Shown here: one piece after another, positions 9,413-22,110 of the stretch
How the letters are laid out: each line of letters starts with the position of its first letter
Position numbering within the stretch: position 1 is the first letter of the stretch
NCBI GenBank assembly: GCA_001724265.1
Contig: MEDY01000277.1
Span: 1 to 41,622, forward strand
Direction of reading: 5' to 3'
DNA length: 41,622 nucleotides
DNA from: Rhizaria sp. SCN 62-66
Lineage: Eukaryota
Program-made: the position numbers and the translations under genes
The notes under the pieces: model-generated
Databases searched by the model: none
Seen by the model: the letters and a program-made list of their open reading frames with translations, nothing else
Told to the model about the DNA's origin: nothing

Positions 9413-12243
9413 ATGGCCAGGTACGCCTTCCCTCTCTCTCCCACCTCCATATACATGTCTCAAGTCGAATAGTTTCAAATCTAGGCGGATTACTGTGTTT
9501 CTCACGTTGTATTCGTTTCTTTGGCTTGTTTTTGTTTCTTGTGTAGCTCTTTCCGCGACGCTGTCGGTGGTCCGCTATCTGTCTGGGAAGCTGAGCACCT
9601 CATCGACTCCTTACGTTCATTCCCTCTGCCAGACCTCGGCGCCGAGGCCTGGACGCAGCAGCACGTCACCCTCGAGCGCATCAACATTCAGGCGCACCAC
9701 AGCGCGCAGAGCAAGCACGATGAGTTTATTGTTGAGGCCTTCGCGCAGCGCCCTGAGAAGTGCAACCTGCTTGTGCAAGACCTGCTCACGGTGGAGCTGT
9801 GGCGCGAGGCCATACTCCCCCGCCTGCTCGCCACCGAAGGGTTCGCTGAGAAGCACGGGCTCAAGGCATATATGATCGTACGTAACAGCATTGTACACAC
9901 GTGGCATCTCTTGATACTGTTGACTTGTGATTCTGTTTGCAGGCTCCGCTGATCAACGCGCCCGCATTGCTCTCAGCCAGATATTGCGGAATCATGCTGA
10001 TTATGTGTTATCGCAGTCAAATGATATTGAATTTATAGTGTTCGCTAAATATTAGCCATGATATTGATTTGTTCGTGTTGTTCTTGCTCCCTTCGTAGCT
10101 TTTCCACGAGGCCAACGTCGTCAACCTGCTCGAAGTCCTCCTCTACCACGGCTCCATCGCCGAGGCCCTTTCCGACGACGCGCGCACTGAGCTCATCGAC
10201 TACATTGCGCGCCGTGTTGCCGCCCTCGCTGCTGGCGCCCTTTCCACAGAGCCCCCCGCGGCGACGCAAAGTCTCGCTTCGGCCTCGGGGGGGCCCAGTC
10301 TGGAGACGCTCGTCAAACAGCTCGAGGCCGTGCGCCTCGCGAACAAGCCCGCCGCGGCCGCCGACTCCGCGGCGACTGCGAAGGACGGCACCGGCGCCGG
10401 GGAGCCGAGCGAGGCCGAGAAGGCCGCCGTCGCGGCCGTGGTGGCCGCGGCCAAGGCCAGCATCCAGGCCTCGCTCGCCGCCGAGACCAGCACCAGCGGG
10501 GTCAAGTCTGGAGATAGCAAGGCTGCTGCAGGCGGCGTCGAGGACGCCAAGGTGGCCAAGCTGGTGCGGCAGACGAAGGAAGTGGGCTTCAGCGTGGCCA
10601 CGGCGTGCGTCGCGCTGCTGCGCTTTTTCACGAACCACCTCACGCGGCTGCCGCACTCGTCTGTGTCGCGCCTCGTAGTCACGCACGACGCCGCCGCGCT
10701 GCTCGTTCGTGTGCAGGAGCAGGCGCCTTGGATGCGCAGTGTCATTAAGGAGCCCACAGCGGGCGAGATTGCTCGTGCCGCAATGGACCGCAAGCGTACG
10801 TTGCTGCTCCGCACTGCTCACGACACATCTCGAAATGAGATCCCGCATTGGATTGAAGTTGAATAATGCGAAAATGCATGTATATTTTGAACAGATTTAT
10901 TATTGGTTAACATTTAAACATCATTAACATCTAAACATCGACAACTCTCATAATATGAAACATCTCTGATTTCCAATCTCTACTTTTATAACGTGATCAA
11001 TGCGTGGCGTACAGCGATTCCTAAGGCGACGCGCGTGACTGAGCACTACATCAACCAGCGTTGGACCCCCGTAGCGGCCTCCGAGGTCTCCCGCCTGTCC
11101 CCGCCGCTGGCCCAGCTCTGGCTTGCGCTCTACACGCTGCTGCTCTCGCCGCTGGCGCGCGAGCTGTACACGTTCACTGCCGAGCGCCGTGACGCGCTGC
11201 TGTACCTGCGGCGCCCGCTGGCGGCCGAGGCGCTGCTGGACCAGCTGCCGCCGCTGCAGCACCTGCGCCGGTTCGTTGAGGAGATCGCGCTGGCGCCGCC
11301 CCCGCCCGGCGGCGCCAAGGCGCTGGCTGTGGTGCAGACGCTGCCCTCGGTGCGCCGCGGCGTCATCGCCCGCGCCGCGCAGCTCGCGCGCAGGGCGCTC
11401 TCGGCCCGCACGGCCGCCAACAAGAGCAACAACAACAAAGCGGACAGTAAGGCGGCTAAGAGTGCGAGCGCGGGTGGCAAGCAGCGCGAGATGCTCGGCG
11501 GCGACGGTGACAAGATCAGCGCTGGCAAGAGCCCTGCCAATGCGAGCAACAACAGTGACGACGACGACGGCGACGACGAGGGCGCGGGCGCAGCGTCGGC
11601 CTTCGATGTGAACGCTGCGGACGCGGCCGCGATCGACTCTGCGCTGGCGGCGGACGACGTGGCGACGGCGGCGGATTGGGGCGAGATCACGCGGCTGCAC
11701 CTGCGGCGCGCCTTCGCTCACGCGGACCCCGCGGCGACGGCGCGCGCCATGGCCGCGGCGTACAACCTGGACGCGCTCGAGGCCGTGATGGAGACGCCCC
11801 AGTGCGCCGGCTGCGGCGGCGAGGCCGCGATGCGCTGCTCGCGGTGCCGGCACGAGTGGTATTGCGGCCGTGAGTGCCAGGTCAAGGCCTGGGGCCGCCA
11901 CAAGACCGTCTGTGCGGCGCTCGCGGCGGCCGCGGCAGAGAAGGACAAGGAAAAGGAAGCCGCGGAGGCTGCAGCGGCTGCGGCTAAGGCCGAGGCCGAC
12001 GCGCGGGCTGCAAGTGCAGCGGGCACCGCGGGTGCAGAGAGTGGTGAGAGCAAGTGGAGTAAGAAGAAGGCGAAGCTTGTCGAGATGATGGACAGTGATG
12101 ACGAGCTCGGCGCAGACAGCAAAAGCTCGGCCACTGCAACCTCTGCTGCTGCGACCGTTGCTGCAGCTGGCAACATCAGTCGGAACACCAGTGAGGCTAA
12201 GAAGAGCCCTGTGGTGATTGAGGTTGTGGAGGACGATGAGTGA
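9413..12243 (+). CDS. ZMYND10: ZMYND10/BLU axonemal dynein assembly factor; exons 9413-9420, 9547-9877, 10099-10795, 11015-12243
   Basis: EAEHLIDSLRSFPL..WTQQHVTLERINIQAH..DEFIVEAF, LFHEANVVNLLEVLLYH, LLDQLPPL, and a MYND finger CAGCG..RCSRCRHEWYCGRECQVKAWGRHK. Three frame-preserving GT-AG introns. Ends TGA. Confidence 0.93.
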
Positions 12244-12890
12244 GCGTTTCATCATAAGCTAAAAAATATCTTTTGCGTTCAATGTTTTATTGATAGCGCA
12301 CATCGTGCCATGGGGTTGGCCGATGAAGCGAATCATAAAAGCATTATTTAGTCCAATACATGTCACTGCTGTGAGTCAGATGAACGCCTCCCGCACGCGC
12401 ACTTTGCGCCGCGCATCCCGCATACTCGTCTTGAGTGGGCAAGAAATAGGTTTCCACGCTGTTGCGTACGCACTAACATGAGTATGCATCTTAGACGCGG
12501 TGTCAGTAACCACATTGAAGCACACACCGCAAAAGCGGTGGCAACCAGTCAATGATTAGGTGCCTGCAAGAGTAGCGAATCCTGTTGTTATATCAGAAGC
12601 TTATCAATAAACCTAATGGATTAACTCTTTTTTGACGAAGGCACTCTGTCTATCCATAGCTGGAGCTGATGATTGAATACATTCGCGTCAGACTTCAAAT
12701 TTTCGATTGACATGAAAGTTGAGTTATACGATATAAAAAACATTAAACGAAGACAGTTCTGAATAGAAACACGTAGATTTAAACACATTAAAATATAAAA
12801 ACACACATATTCACTTGTATTTCTGTTTAAAACCACAGCTAAGACATACAGAACAACAAATAACATCATGATGACTGGCGCTCTCGCGCG

Positions 12891-13871
12891 TCACTGGGCC
12901 ACGACGCGATCAAGCTCGGCGGCGACGAGCGCAAGCGTCTCCGCCCTGGCCGCCGCGGCCGCGCGGTCCACGGCGCGGTGGTCGCGGTCCACGGCGCCCG
13001 GGAGCACCCAGAGCCACTGCGGCGCCTGCCCGGGGACGGTGTAGACCAGCGGCAGGTCGCAGCCGCGGCAGTGGTACCGCACGTGGGCCTCCGCCCTGGC
13101 CTCCTGTCCCTGTCCCGGACCCGGCTCCCGGTCCTGCGGCGGCGCAGCCGGGCCGCGCCCACCGGCGCCGGGGCTGGCGCTGGAGTCCGTGTCGGTCATC
13201 GCGCTCCCGGTCTGCTGCTGCTGCTGCGCGCCCGAGCTCGAGCTCGGCTGGCTGGAGGGACTGGGGGCGTCTGCGGGGGGCAGCTGCACGTGGTACAGCC
13301 GGCCCGCGGGCTTGGTAAAGCGTTGCACCCGGGCCTCGGCCACGGGCACGCCGCGGGCGCCGTCCCACCGCGCCGCGCCCGCGCCCACGGCGGCGCCCGC
13401 ACTCGCGGCAGAGCTAGTGGCGCTGCAGCCGCTGCTGTCGCCGAGAGGGAGAGTGGTGACGTCGACGGCGGCGGCGAACGCGGGCGTGCCGCAATGCGCA
13501 CACAAGTGCACACGGGGCTCACCGGGGGCGGCAACGGCGCCATCAACATCGCCGCTCGCGCTGGTCGCAGCGGCGGCGGCCGCAGCAGCGGCGGCGGAGG
13601 CCTCGGCGGCGGCGGCGCGGGCGGCGGCAAGCTGTCGCTGCAGTTGCTTTGTGTGTGCCTCGATCTCGAGCTCCTGCAGACGGCGCACCGCGGCCACAGG
13701 GTCTGTCGGCATGGGGGGCGCGGCCGGGCGCGATGGCGCGGGCTGCGGCGCGGGGGCCGGTGCGCGCAGGGCCGGGGCGGGGGCGCTGTCAGCGGCGAGC
13801 TGGGCTTCGATTTGGCGCTCCTGCGCGGCCGCTGCCAGGAGCATGGCCGCGACGGAGGAGGATGAGGACAT
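12891..13871 (-). CDS. STEEP1: STEEP1/CXorf56 (UPF0428)-like zinc-binding protein
   Basis: VHLCAHCGTP..VTTLPL..RWDGARGV and RYHCRGCDLPLVY..WLWVLPGAV match the recalled CXorf56 family pattern (two Cys pairs, LP-R-D, CxxCxLPLxY, GAV). ATG 13871; ends TGA. Confidence 0.65.
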   Translation of the reverse strand: MSSSSSVAAMLLAAAAQERQIEAQLAADSAPAPALRAPAPAPQPAPSRPAAPPMPTDPVAAVRRLQELEIEAHTKQLQRQLAAARAAAAEASAAAAAAAAAATSASGDVDGAVAAPGEPRVHLCAHCGTPAFAAAVDVTTLPLGDSSGCSATSSAASAGAAVGAGAARWDGARGVPVAEARVQRFTKPAGRLYHVQLPPADAPSPSSQPSSSSGAQQQQQTGSAMTDTDSSASPGAGGRGPAAPPQDREPGPGQGQEARAEAHVRYHCRGCDLPLVYTVPGQAPQWLWVLPGAVDRDHRAVDRAAAAARAETLALVAAELDRVVAQ

Positions 13872-14454
13872 GCTAAACAAAAGATTAGTGTTGATTCTAC
13901 TGAAATGTAAAGGGGCTGTGGAAAAGAAGCACATGGAAATGCTAGGGGTGAGAAAGAGATGGTTTGTGGTCGGGGCCAGCCGTTGCACTGGTTGAGCTGT
14001 GGCACGAACTGTAATATCTTTAACAGCGTGATATGTCCATCAATGCAACTGAGATTTTGGAACCAAACATAATGCACGCATTTGGCTATTATGTTTAAAT
14101 TATCAGTCTTAAGCATACGATTCGCGCTCCATATATCGTCTTGCGTATTTTGTGACTTGGCTGTGTACTTGAATCGGGGTTTGGAGCTCATAAAATATCT
14201 CGATATGCACGATCTAAACAGGCCTAAATAAGACACCCTTCTGGTATCAATTGATATGAACTGGTTTATATTAGGTGTTGTGTTATTTTAGCTAAGAACC
14301 TTTATGACAACTGGTAAATCTACGCTGTTGTGATCTCACTGCAATCGCCCAAATCACGTGCTTGCTTTACTCTCCGTGTAGCTTCCTTTCGTACATACAC
14401 AACAACTCCGCGAACCCACACTGCGTTGCTCGCTGCTGACTGCCTGTCAACAAC

Positions 14455-16197
14455 ATGTTCTACAGCCGTCCGCTCCACGCGTCGTCGCTGCTGTGCGCCG
14501 CACTGCTCGCCCTGTCGGTTCTCAGCGGTTTCCACCTCACCCCAGCCGCCGCCATCCCCACAGTCCGGCACAACCACGCGCCCGGGTACGTTTTTCGCGA
14601 TTAAACAATGCAACGCGTTGCTCCATTAATATAATTACCACATTTCTTGAAGAATTCTTGCGCTCGCACCTTAAATTTTGCATACTCACGCCACAACCAT
14701 CATAACTAACTCCGTCATCCGTTAACCTGTATCTCTCGATCTCTCGCCATCATTCCCTCCACAGCGACCCGATCGTGCGGTCGTACTCGTCGGTGCTGCC
14801 GCCCGAACTGTTGACCGCGCTGACGGCCGAGTGCCACGCCGTGGCGGACCACGACTCGCAGCTGCCGCCGCTGGCCAACGGCAAGTACCGCACGCACTGG
14901 CTACCGCGCGGCCGGCGCCCGCGCTTCGCGGTCGAGGAAGCAATCCACCACCTGCTCAAGCTCGTGCGGCCGCCCGCGGCGACGGTGGGCGCGGAGTGGT
15001 GGGTGCAGCGCGTGGCGCGCGGCGACCGGCGCGCGACGCCGATCGGCTGGCACGTCGACAAGGACGAGGCCGTGGCGAGCCACGACCACTACCTGTTGCA
15101 TCCCGCGCTGGGCAGTATCATGTACCTCACGGACGAGGGCGGGCCCACCGTCATCACCGACCAGTGGTCGCCCCACGGCTCGGGCTACACGCCTGAGCGG
15201 CCGCGTGAGGGCGCCGTGTCGTTCCCGCAGCGCAACAAGTACACCGTCTTCCACGGCGAGCTGCTCCACGGCGTCCTCGCCGCAGACACGCCCGCCGTCG
15301 ACCGCAGCACCGTCTACGCCCACCCGCCCATCGGCGCCTCTGCCGGCAGCGGCGAGGCGGTGGCGACGCGAGGCGCCGCGCAGACGCACCTGGAGGCCGG
15401 CGACGGGACGCGGCTGACCTTCCTAGTCAACTGGTGGAGCGTCAAGCCGCGCGAGCCCAACTGCGTGGAGCTGGACCCGGCCGCCGTGCGCGGGCTTCCC
15501 GTGTGGTCCCGCGCGCAGCTCGCGCAGTTCCGCGCCTCTCTCACGCACCCGCTGCGTCCCGCCGTGGCCCACACGGCCGCCGCCGACAGCCACAACCACG
15601 ACAGCACCGCAGTGAGCGCACGTGCCGCTGCAGGGGGAGTCCCGGCCCCGCTGGCGACGCTGTACAACGACGGCGGCGCCGAGCACGAGATGCGCTACCT
15701 AGACCGCGAGATTGCGCTTGACAGCAGCAGCGCCTCTGAGGGCAATGGCGCGGGCAGCGCGCGGGGCGTCGTGGCGGGAGCGCGCAGGGGCGCGGGCATC
15801 GTGGGCGGAGACGACGTCTTCACGTACTATTTTAAGTACGTTGCGTTTCCGCACCTATCGCAACGTAATCATTTGTATCGTAGCTGTAGCTCACATGTGT
15901 AATGCTATAATCCAATCTCTTATCCTATGTTGTGACTTCGACGTTTCGCGCGCGCTCACCCCTGCATTCCCCCCTTCTGTGTGTCGTTTGCGTTCGTGCG
16001 CTAGACTGCCCGGCGGCATGGCGAGCAGCCTGGTGCTGCCCCGTGGATCACCTGCGGGCTCTACCGTGCGCGTCTTCTGGGACCCCGCGGCCGCGGATGC
16101 CGTCATGGGCCCGCCCCATGCGCGCGCCATCGCCGCGTCCGCTGCGTCCACTGCGGCTGCGGCTGCAAGTCGGGACAGTGGCAAGGAGGAGCTGTGA
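14455..16197 (+). CDS. Secreted/ER-lumenal 2OG-Fe(II) dioxygenase-like protein; exons 14455-14585, 14765-15835, 16005-16197
   Basis: Signal-peptide-like N-terminus (MFYSRPLHASSLLCAALLALSVLSGFHLTPAAA); GAEWWVQ; HxD in IGWHVDKDE; SIMYL; distal His in GELLHGVL; RLTFLVNWW; C-terminus KEEL-TGA. Confidence 0.75.
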
Positions 16198-16969
16198 AGT
16201 GCGCGCAGTGCAGTTGGATGAGATGCGTGCACAACACAGTTCACGGAATGTTGACATATTGAAGTTTATTAAAGCTTATTATCGATTGTTTGTATGCTAT
16301 GAGCCTTGTTTGGCACCGTGCTTTAGTTTGCGATAGCAGTGGCTGCAGTGAAGCGTTACGACTCGTACGTTTGTCGAAGGGATTCACACAGCAAGTAACT
16401 GATGCAAATTAGATTGGGATGCGAACGTGATCTAATATGTATTTTGAAGTGTATTTTATGGAGCTCCATCTACTACCATGCAGGTCGGTGCAGCGACAAT
16501 GCGATTCATTGTAAGTCGGGCCAATGATGCATGTAGTGCCACAAGTAAGAATACACACACGACTTGTTTTCTGTGTCCGCATGAGTTTGTTGGTTAACAC
16601 TCATCAAACTTCTTAAGTATCAGTAAACAAGCATTGTATCGCTATCATTTGTTGTGCTGCTGAGGTGATTAGAAAGTGTTGTTTTGTATTTAAATTTACT
16701 GTTTAGTGCATGTTGCATTTGGGTCGCAGAAAATCCTCAGTAGTTTTTCCTTGTACATGTACATGTAATTACCAAAAGAAAATTTCAGGCTGACAACAAA
16801 CACAAATCCTAAGCTGGCCCTGGACAAAGCGTCACACAGTGCCAACTTGTGGCCAACGCACTTCAGTCACATCACAGCTCTACGTCCACGCCCCGTGCTC
16901 ACAGATGTCAGTCAGCACGCGCCCCGCCAGTCAGTCAGACAGTCCGTCAGTCCCTAGGCGGTTTCGTGC

Positions 16970-17725
16970 TCAGCAGTTGCACCAGCCGCCCGCCTCGGCT
17001 GTCTCGATGGTGACCGCGGGCGGCGCCGTCACGTCGATGGTGGCGCCCCGCTCGCCGCGGCCGCCCGACGGCGGGTTCGCCACCAGCGTCTCGGCCACGT
17101 ATTGGAACAGCGGCTTGACTTCGTCGCCCGTCTTAGCCGACGTCTCGAAGTACTCGAGCTTGTACTTAGCGGCGAGCGCGAGAGCCTCGCTGGTGGGGAC
17201 CATGCGGCGTGACTCGACCGCGCCGTCCTCCGAGGCCTCGGCCAGATCCGCCTTGTTGCCCACCAGCACGATCAGCACGTTGTCGTCGCGCCCGCGGCGC
17301 ACGTCGTCGATCCACTTGGTCACGCTCGCGAACGACTTGCGGTTCGTCAGGTCGAAGATGAGCAGCGCAGCCGCGGCGTCGCGTGTATAGAGCGGGATGA
17401 GGCTGCGGAAACGCTCCTGCCCCGCCGTGTCCCACACCTGGAGCCGCACCACACGGTCGTCCAGGTACAGGTTCTTGCTCGCAAAGTCGATGCCGATGGT
17501 GACGTTGTAGGTGGACTCGAACGAGTCGTACATGAAGCGCGTGATGACGCTCGTCTTGCCCACGGACTCGTCGCCGACCACGACGAGCTTGAACTTGTCG
17601 CGCTGGTCGAACGCCGCGGGGGCCGCAGACGACGCAGAGGCGGCAGAGCCGGAGGCCGCGGCGGCGGAGGCCAGGGCCACGGACGAGACGGGGGCGCCGG
17701 AGCGGGCGGCGGCGGCGGCGTCCAT
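16970..17725 (-). CDS. RAB6: Rab6-family small GTPase, intronless
   Basis: [50 protein letters not shown]-terminal CXC prenylation motif (WCNC); ends TGA. Confidence 0.9.
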   Translation of the reverse strand: MDAAAAARSGAPVSSVALASAAAASGSAASASSAAPAAFDQRDKFKLVVVGDESVGKTSVITRFMYDSFESTYNVTIGIDFASKNLYLDDRVVRLQVWDTAGQERFRSLIPLYTRDAAAALLIFDLTNRKSFASVTKWIDDVRRGRDDNVLIVLVGNKADLAEASEDGAVESRRMVPTSEALALAAKYKLEYFETSAKTGDEVKPLFQYVAETLVANPPSGGRGERGATIDVTAPPAVTIETAEAGGWCNC

Positions 17726-18613
17726 AGCTTGATAATTGAGAGCAAGCGGGCGGGGAGTCAACTCAGGACGGGAGGAAGATGCGCAGGGCAGGGGTGTTTT
17801 GGCGGCGCGGGGTAGATGCTTGCAAGTGCAAGGGTGCGGCGCGGTGGGATGTGAGAAGAGATATGCGTGACAAGGGCGGGCGAGAGAGACGGAGAGACGA
17901 GGAGTTGTGAGATGGAGAGATCGAGATGAGTGACACAAGCAGGCGTTTAGGAGACGCCGGTCAAAATTTGTAGAAGCCTATCAGCTATTTTCAAAAAGCA
18001 AACACGAATGATATATACGGGGTCCACTTGGTTCACCAACAGATCTCGAATGTGATGTGCAGCAGGAGATATGACGTGGGTGAAGTTATGGATGACCGTT
18101 TGAGTGATGGGTGGTCTGTGCAGAACCTAGAAGATAACGAATACAGGGGGCATAGAAGTGTCCGTTCACCAAAAGCAATGTTTGACCGCGATCTTTTCCA
18201 GGGTTGCACCACATGCACTTCAGAAGGATCCGAGATCGCAAACTATCCTACTGATTTAGGATCGTCGGCGTCGTTTTGTTGTCGGCGCAAGGACCGAAAA
18301 AAATGTGGTGGCGAGCCCGCAGATTTCGTCACACCTCTCTACAGACATCTAGCGCTATGAACCCTCCGTGTCTTTTCGTGCTTGGACTTGTTTGGATTAG
18401 AAACATGGCGCGTGTATATGATATTTGTTATTTGGCTTCAGTCGCTGCTATATGCAGTTTTTCTCAAGCGTTTCAGATTGATGCGTCGCGATCTCCTTTA
18501 CCGCTCTCCCTCCTTCTACTGTTCTCACTTCTTACACTATGTATGCGTTTTGACTGCTTCTTTCTGTGGCGTTTTTACGATTAACACACCTCTTTGTATC
18601 CGCGAGTAGCGCT

Positions 18614-21297
18614 ATGTTTTCGGTATCACGCCGCTTCGCGACCCTGCGCAAGGCCAGCATCGTCGGCAAGTACGCGCCCCCGCCCTCCGCGCCCGCCGCG
18701 GCCGCCACCGCGGCCCTGGCCTCGGCCAAATGGGACGCCGTCATCGTCGGCGCGGGCCACAACGGGCTTATTGCCGCCAACTACCTCGCTGACGCCGGAC
18801 AGAAGGTGCTCGTGCTGGAGCGCCGACACGTCGTCGGCGGCGCCGCCGTCACGGAGGAGCTCGTCCCCGGGTTCAAGTTCTCGCGCGCGTCCTACCTCGC
18901 CGGCCTGCTGCGCCCGCAGATCATCAAGGACTTTGAGCTCGAGAAATACGGGTATGTTATCGCTCTCATTTCTTCCGACTCACTTTATCGCCATTGTTCA
19001 TTCCGCCATCCCTCGTGACTCGCTCTGCCAACAATCTCATATTCTCGTTCTCATCTTGCTTGTTCACACCACGTATGACGATCACAACATCACGTTACAT
19101 GGTTTAGCTTTGAGTACCTCATCCGCGACCCGTCGTCCTTCACCCCCACGCTGCCCGACTCGCCCTCGAAGGGCAAGTACCTGCTCTTGGGCTCGGACGA
19201 CACCGCCACGGCCGCGAGCATCGCTCAGTTCTCTCCCAAGGACGCCGCGGCGTACCCGCGCTACGAGGCCTTTCTGGGCCAGGTCCGCGAGCTCGTGCAA
19301 CCGCTGCTTGACGCGCCGCTCGTCGCGCCCTGGGCTGAGAACCGAAAGGACCGCGCCGTTGCGATGAGGACGGCGCTCACGCTGGCCAAGCTCGCCATCA
19401 AGAACAGGAAAGTGCTCGTGCCGTTCTACGAGCTCCTCACCGCGCCCGCCGCGCAGATTCTCGATCGGTACGCGCAAACTTGCACGCGTTTTGAATCTCT
19501 CCATCACCCCTGTTGTCTCCAAGTGAGACGTGATGTTAGCATGTGATGCATATATAATACCGCTCTACTTCAAATCTCCTTTGCTACATGTTACTCACAT
19601 TTCGAGCTGTTCCTTGTTTCTGTTGTGCTGCTGCCGCAGGTGGTTCGAGGGCGACGTGCTTAAGGCGACGCTGGCGACGGACGCGGTGATCGGCGCGGCC
19701 ATCAGCCCCAAGCACGGCGGCTCCGCCTACGTGCTCCTGCACCACGTCATGGGCGAGGCTGCCGGTCGCAAGGGCGTCTGGGCCTACGTGCGCGGCGGTA
19801 TGGGCGCGGTCACGCAGGCCCTCGCCGCGCGCGCGCGTGAGAAGGGCGTCACCGTTGTCGAGAACGCTGTTGTCGACGAGATCAACTTCAAGTACGTCTT
19901 GCTGGCAAAAAAACTCAAATCTTTCGTTGCATTATTTGTTTTAAGCCTATGTCGTTTTGTCTAATGCTCATCTTGCTATTGTTTTGTTTCTACTTTGACT
20001 TGACCTTATAGCACGACTGCGCCGCGCTTCTATGCGGACCAGGTGTCCCGCGTTGAGGGCGTCACGCTCGCCGACGGCACCAGTACGTTGGACAACATAT
20101 CACACCCACTCTTCGTACATGTGCACTTAGGACTGATAGCAATCCAAACTTATGTTCTAATCATTCAACCAATCTATTACTCTATTATTTACTGTCTTTC
20201 TCGATTTACGCAGAGATCAAGGCCCCCCGCGTGTTGTCCAACGCCAATCCCTACCACACCTTCCTCGAGCTCATGCCGTCCCACCCCTTCCCGGCCGCCG
20301 CCGCCGCCGCCTCCGCGTCCGCGCCCGAGAGCGACAGCGCCCCGCTGCCGACCGAGTTCGTGGACCACGTGCGCCACACCGACTACGCATGTGGCGCGTT
20401 CAAGATCAACTGCGCAGTCGACAAGGTACGTTTGACGCAGTCGCATCAAGCGCCGTTTCCGTGATATATCTTCACCCTATCAACCACTCACACGATTGCT
20501 CGTTTTTGTTGCTTTATGATCTCTTTTCAATTTGTCATCACAGCTGCCGAACTTCTTCTGTCTGCCCAACACGCCCGACGGGCTCCCTGGCCCGCAGCAC
20601 CGCGGCACGGTTCACTTCGAGGACACGATGGAGGACATCGACGCAGCGTACCGCGAGACGCTGCAGGGCAAGCCTGCGTCGCGGCCTGTGATCGAGATGA
20701 CCATCCCGTCCGCGCTCGACAATACGCTCGCGCCGCCCGGCAAGCACGTTGTGCAGCTGTTCATCCAGTACGCGCCGTACGAGCTCACGCAGGGCTCGTG
20801 GGAGGATGAGCAGTTCAAGCAGGCCTACGCAGACTCCATCTTCAAGATCATTGACAAGTACTGGTACGTCAACGTTGTTTATCTTTTCATGTGGCATTTA
20901 TCTTTCTTGTTACACCATTAATTATCCGTAGATCTCTCGAAAACCCAAGTGAATATTGATGTGCTTACATAACACCATAATATCTATTGCCTTCCACTGT
21001 AACTTGTACCCTCGCAGCGATGGCTTCTCCAAGTCAGTCATCGGCCGCGACGTGCTGTCCCCGCGCGATCTGGAGCGCATCTTCGGCCTGCACAAGGGCA
21101 ACATCATGCACGGCGCGCTGTCGCTGTCGCAGCTCGCCGTCGCTCGGCCGGTGCCCGGCTTCGCGGACCACCGCACACCCGTCGCTGGGCTCTACCTCTG
21201 CGGCGCCGGCGCGCACCCTGGCGGTGGCGTCATGGGCGCCGCGGGCCGCAATTGCGCCACCATCGTCCAGAACGACGACAAGTTCTTCGCTAAGTAA
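18614..21297 (+). CDS. PYROXD2: PYROXD2-like FAD oxidoreductase (phytoene dehydrogenase family), probably mitochondrial; exons 18614-18951, 19108-19467, 19640-19891, 20012-20082, 20214-20425, 20544-20863, 21018-21297
   Basis: [82 protein letters not shown]. Arg-rich presequence-like N-terminus. Six frame-preserving introns. Ends TAA. Confidence 0.93.
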
Positions 21298-22110
21298 GCG
21301 CGCGCCGTGCCGCAGAACGTTCGCTTAGCCATAGCGTCGGTTTGTCTCGGAGCTGTTGTTGTGCTCGTCTTCTTGTTTCTTCTTCGTGTTTTGTTTTTAT
21401 TATCTAACCTATCGTGATTTTCGTTTGTTGCTACCTGTTTTGTTTGTTTCGACACATCTTTATCACAATCTTCTCTTGATATGATACTTTATGACGTGTC
21501 TTGTTCGCTTAATACTATTTTATATGTCTTTTTCTCTCTGTACTTCGTCTTGTGCTGTCCACGTGAACGTGTATGTACAACTGTTTGTACTTTTGTGTGG
21601 TTTCCTCTACCCACGCATGCATAGCTTGTGTCCCGTTTCTGTTTCCATCATCTAACCGGACTACAAAAGATGTGTTGACACATTCGCCTGCGCTTTTAAC
21701 ACGCCGTCATACGCATTATTGCAGACGCATGCAAACGCGGGCGCACATAGGGAAGGTGACCACACTCTGCACACGCGCGTGGGCGACATCGTTTTAACGT
21801 TGTTTTGCGCGTTTTTAGTCCAGTCGGTCCAGCTGGAGTCGGTAACATTTCCAATACATTCATGCTTTAGCCTCCGTCAGGGTACGACAATTGATATTGC
21901 GAAATAAACGAAATTCGTAGTAACTATGATTTGTATTGAACTTTACACTGGTGCAATGGTAGCGTCGCATCGTATCATTGTGATGATCGTGTGCAAAAGG
22001 AGAGAACAGAATCATCGCGACAAAAGCAAACACCTACTAATCGCAGGCCTTCAGCTGTTCACGTCGACTGCAGTGGGGGAGCTGCAGACTTTTCAAGGAT
22101 AACACTGCAT

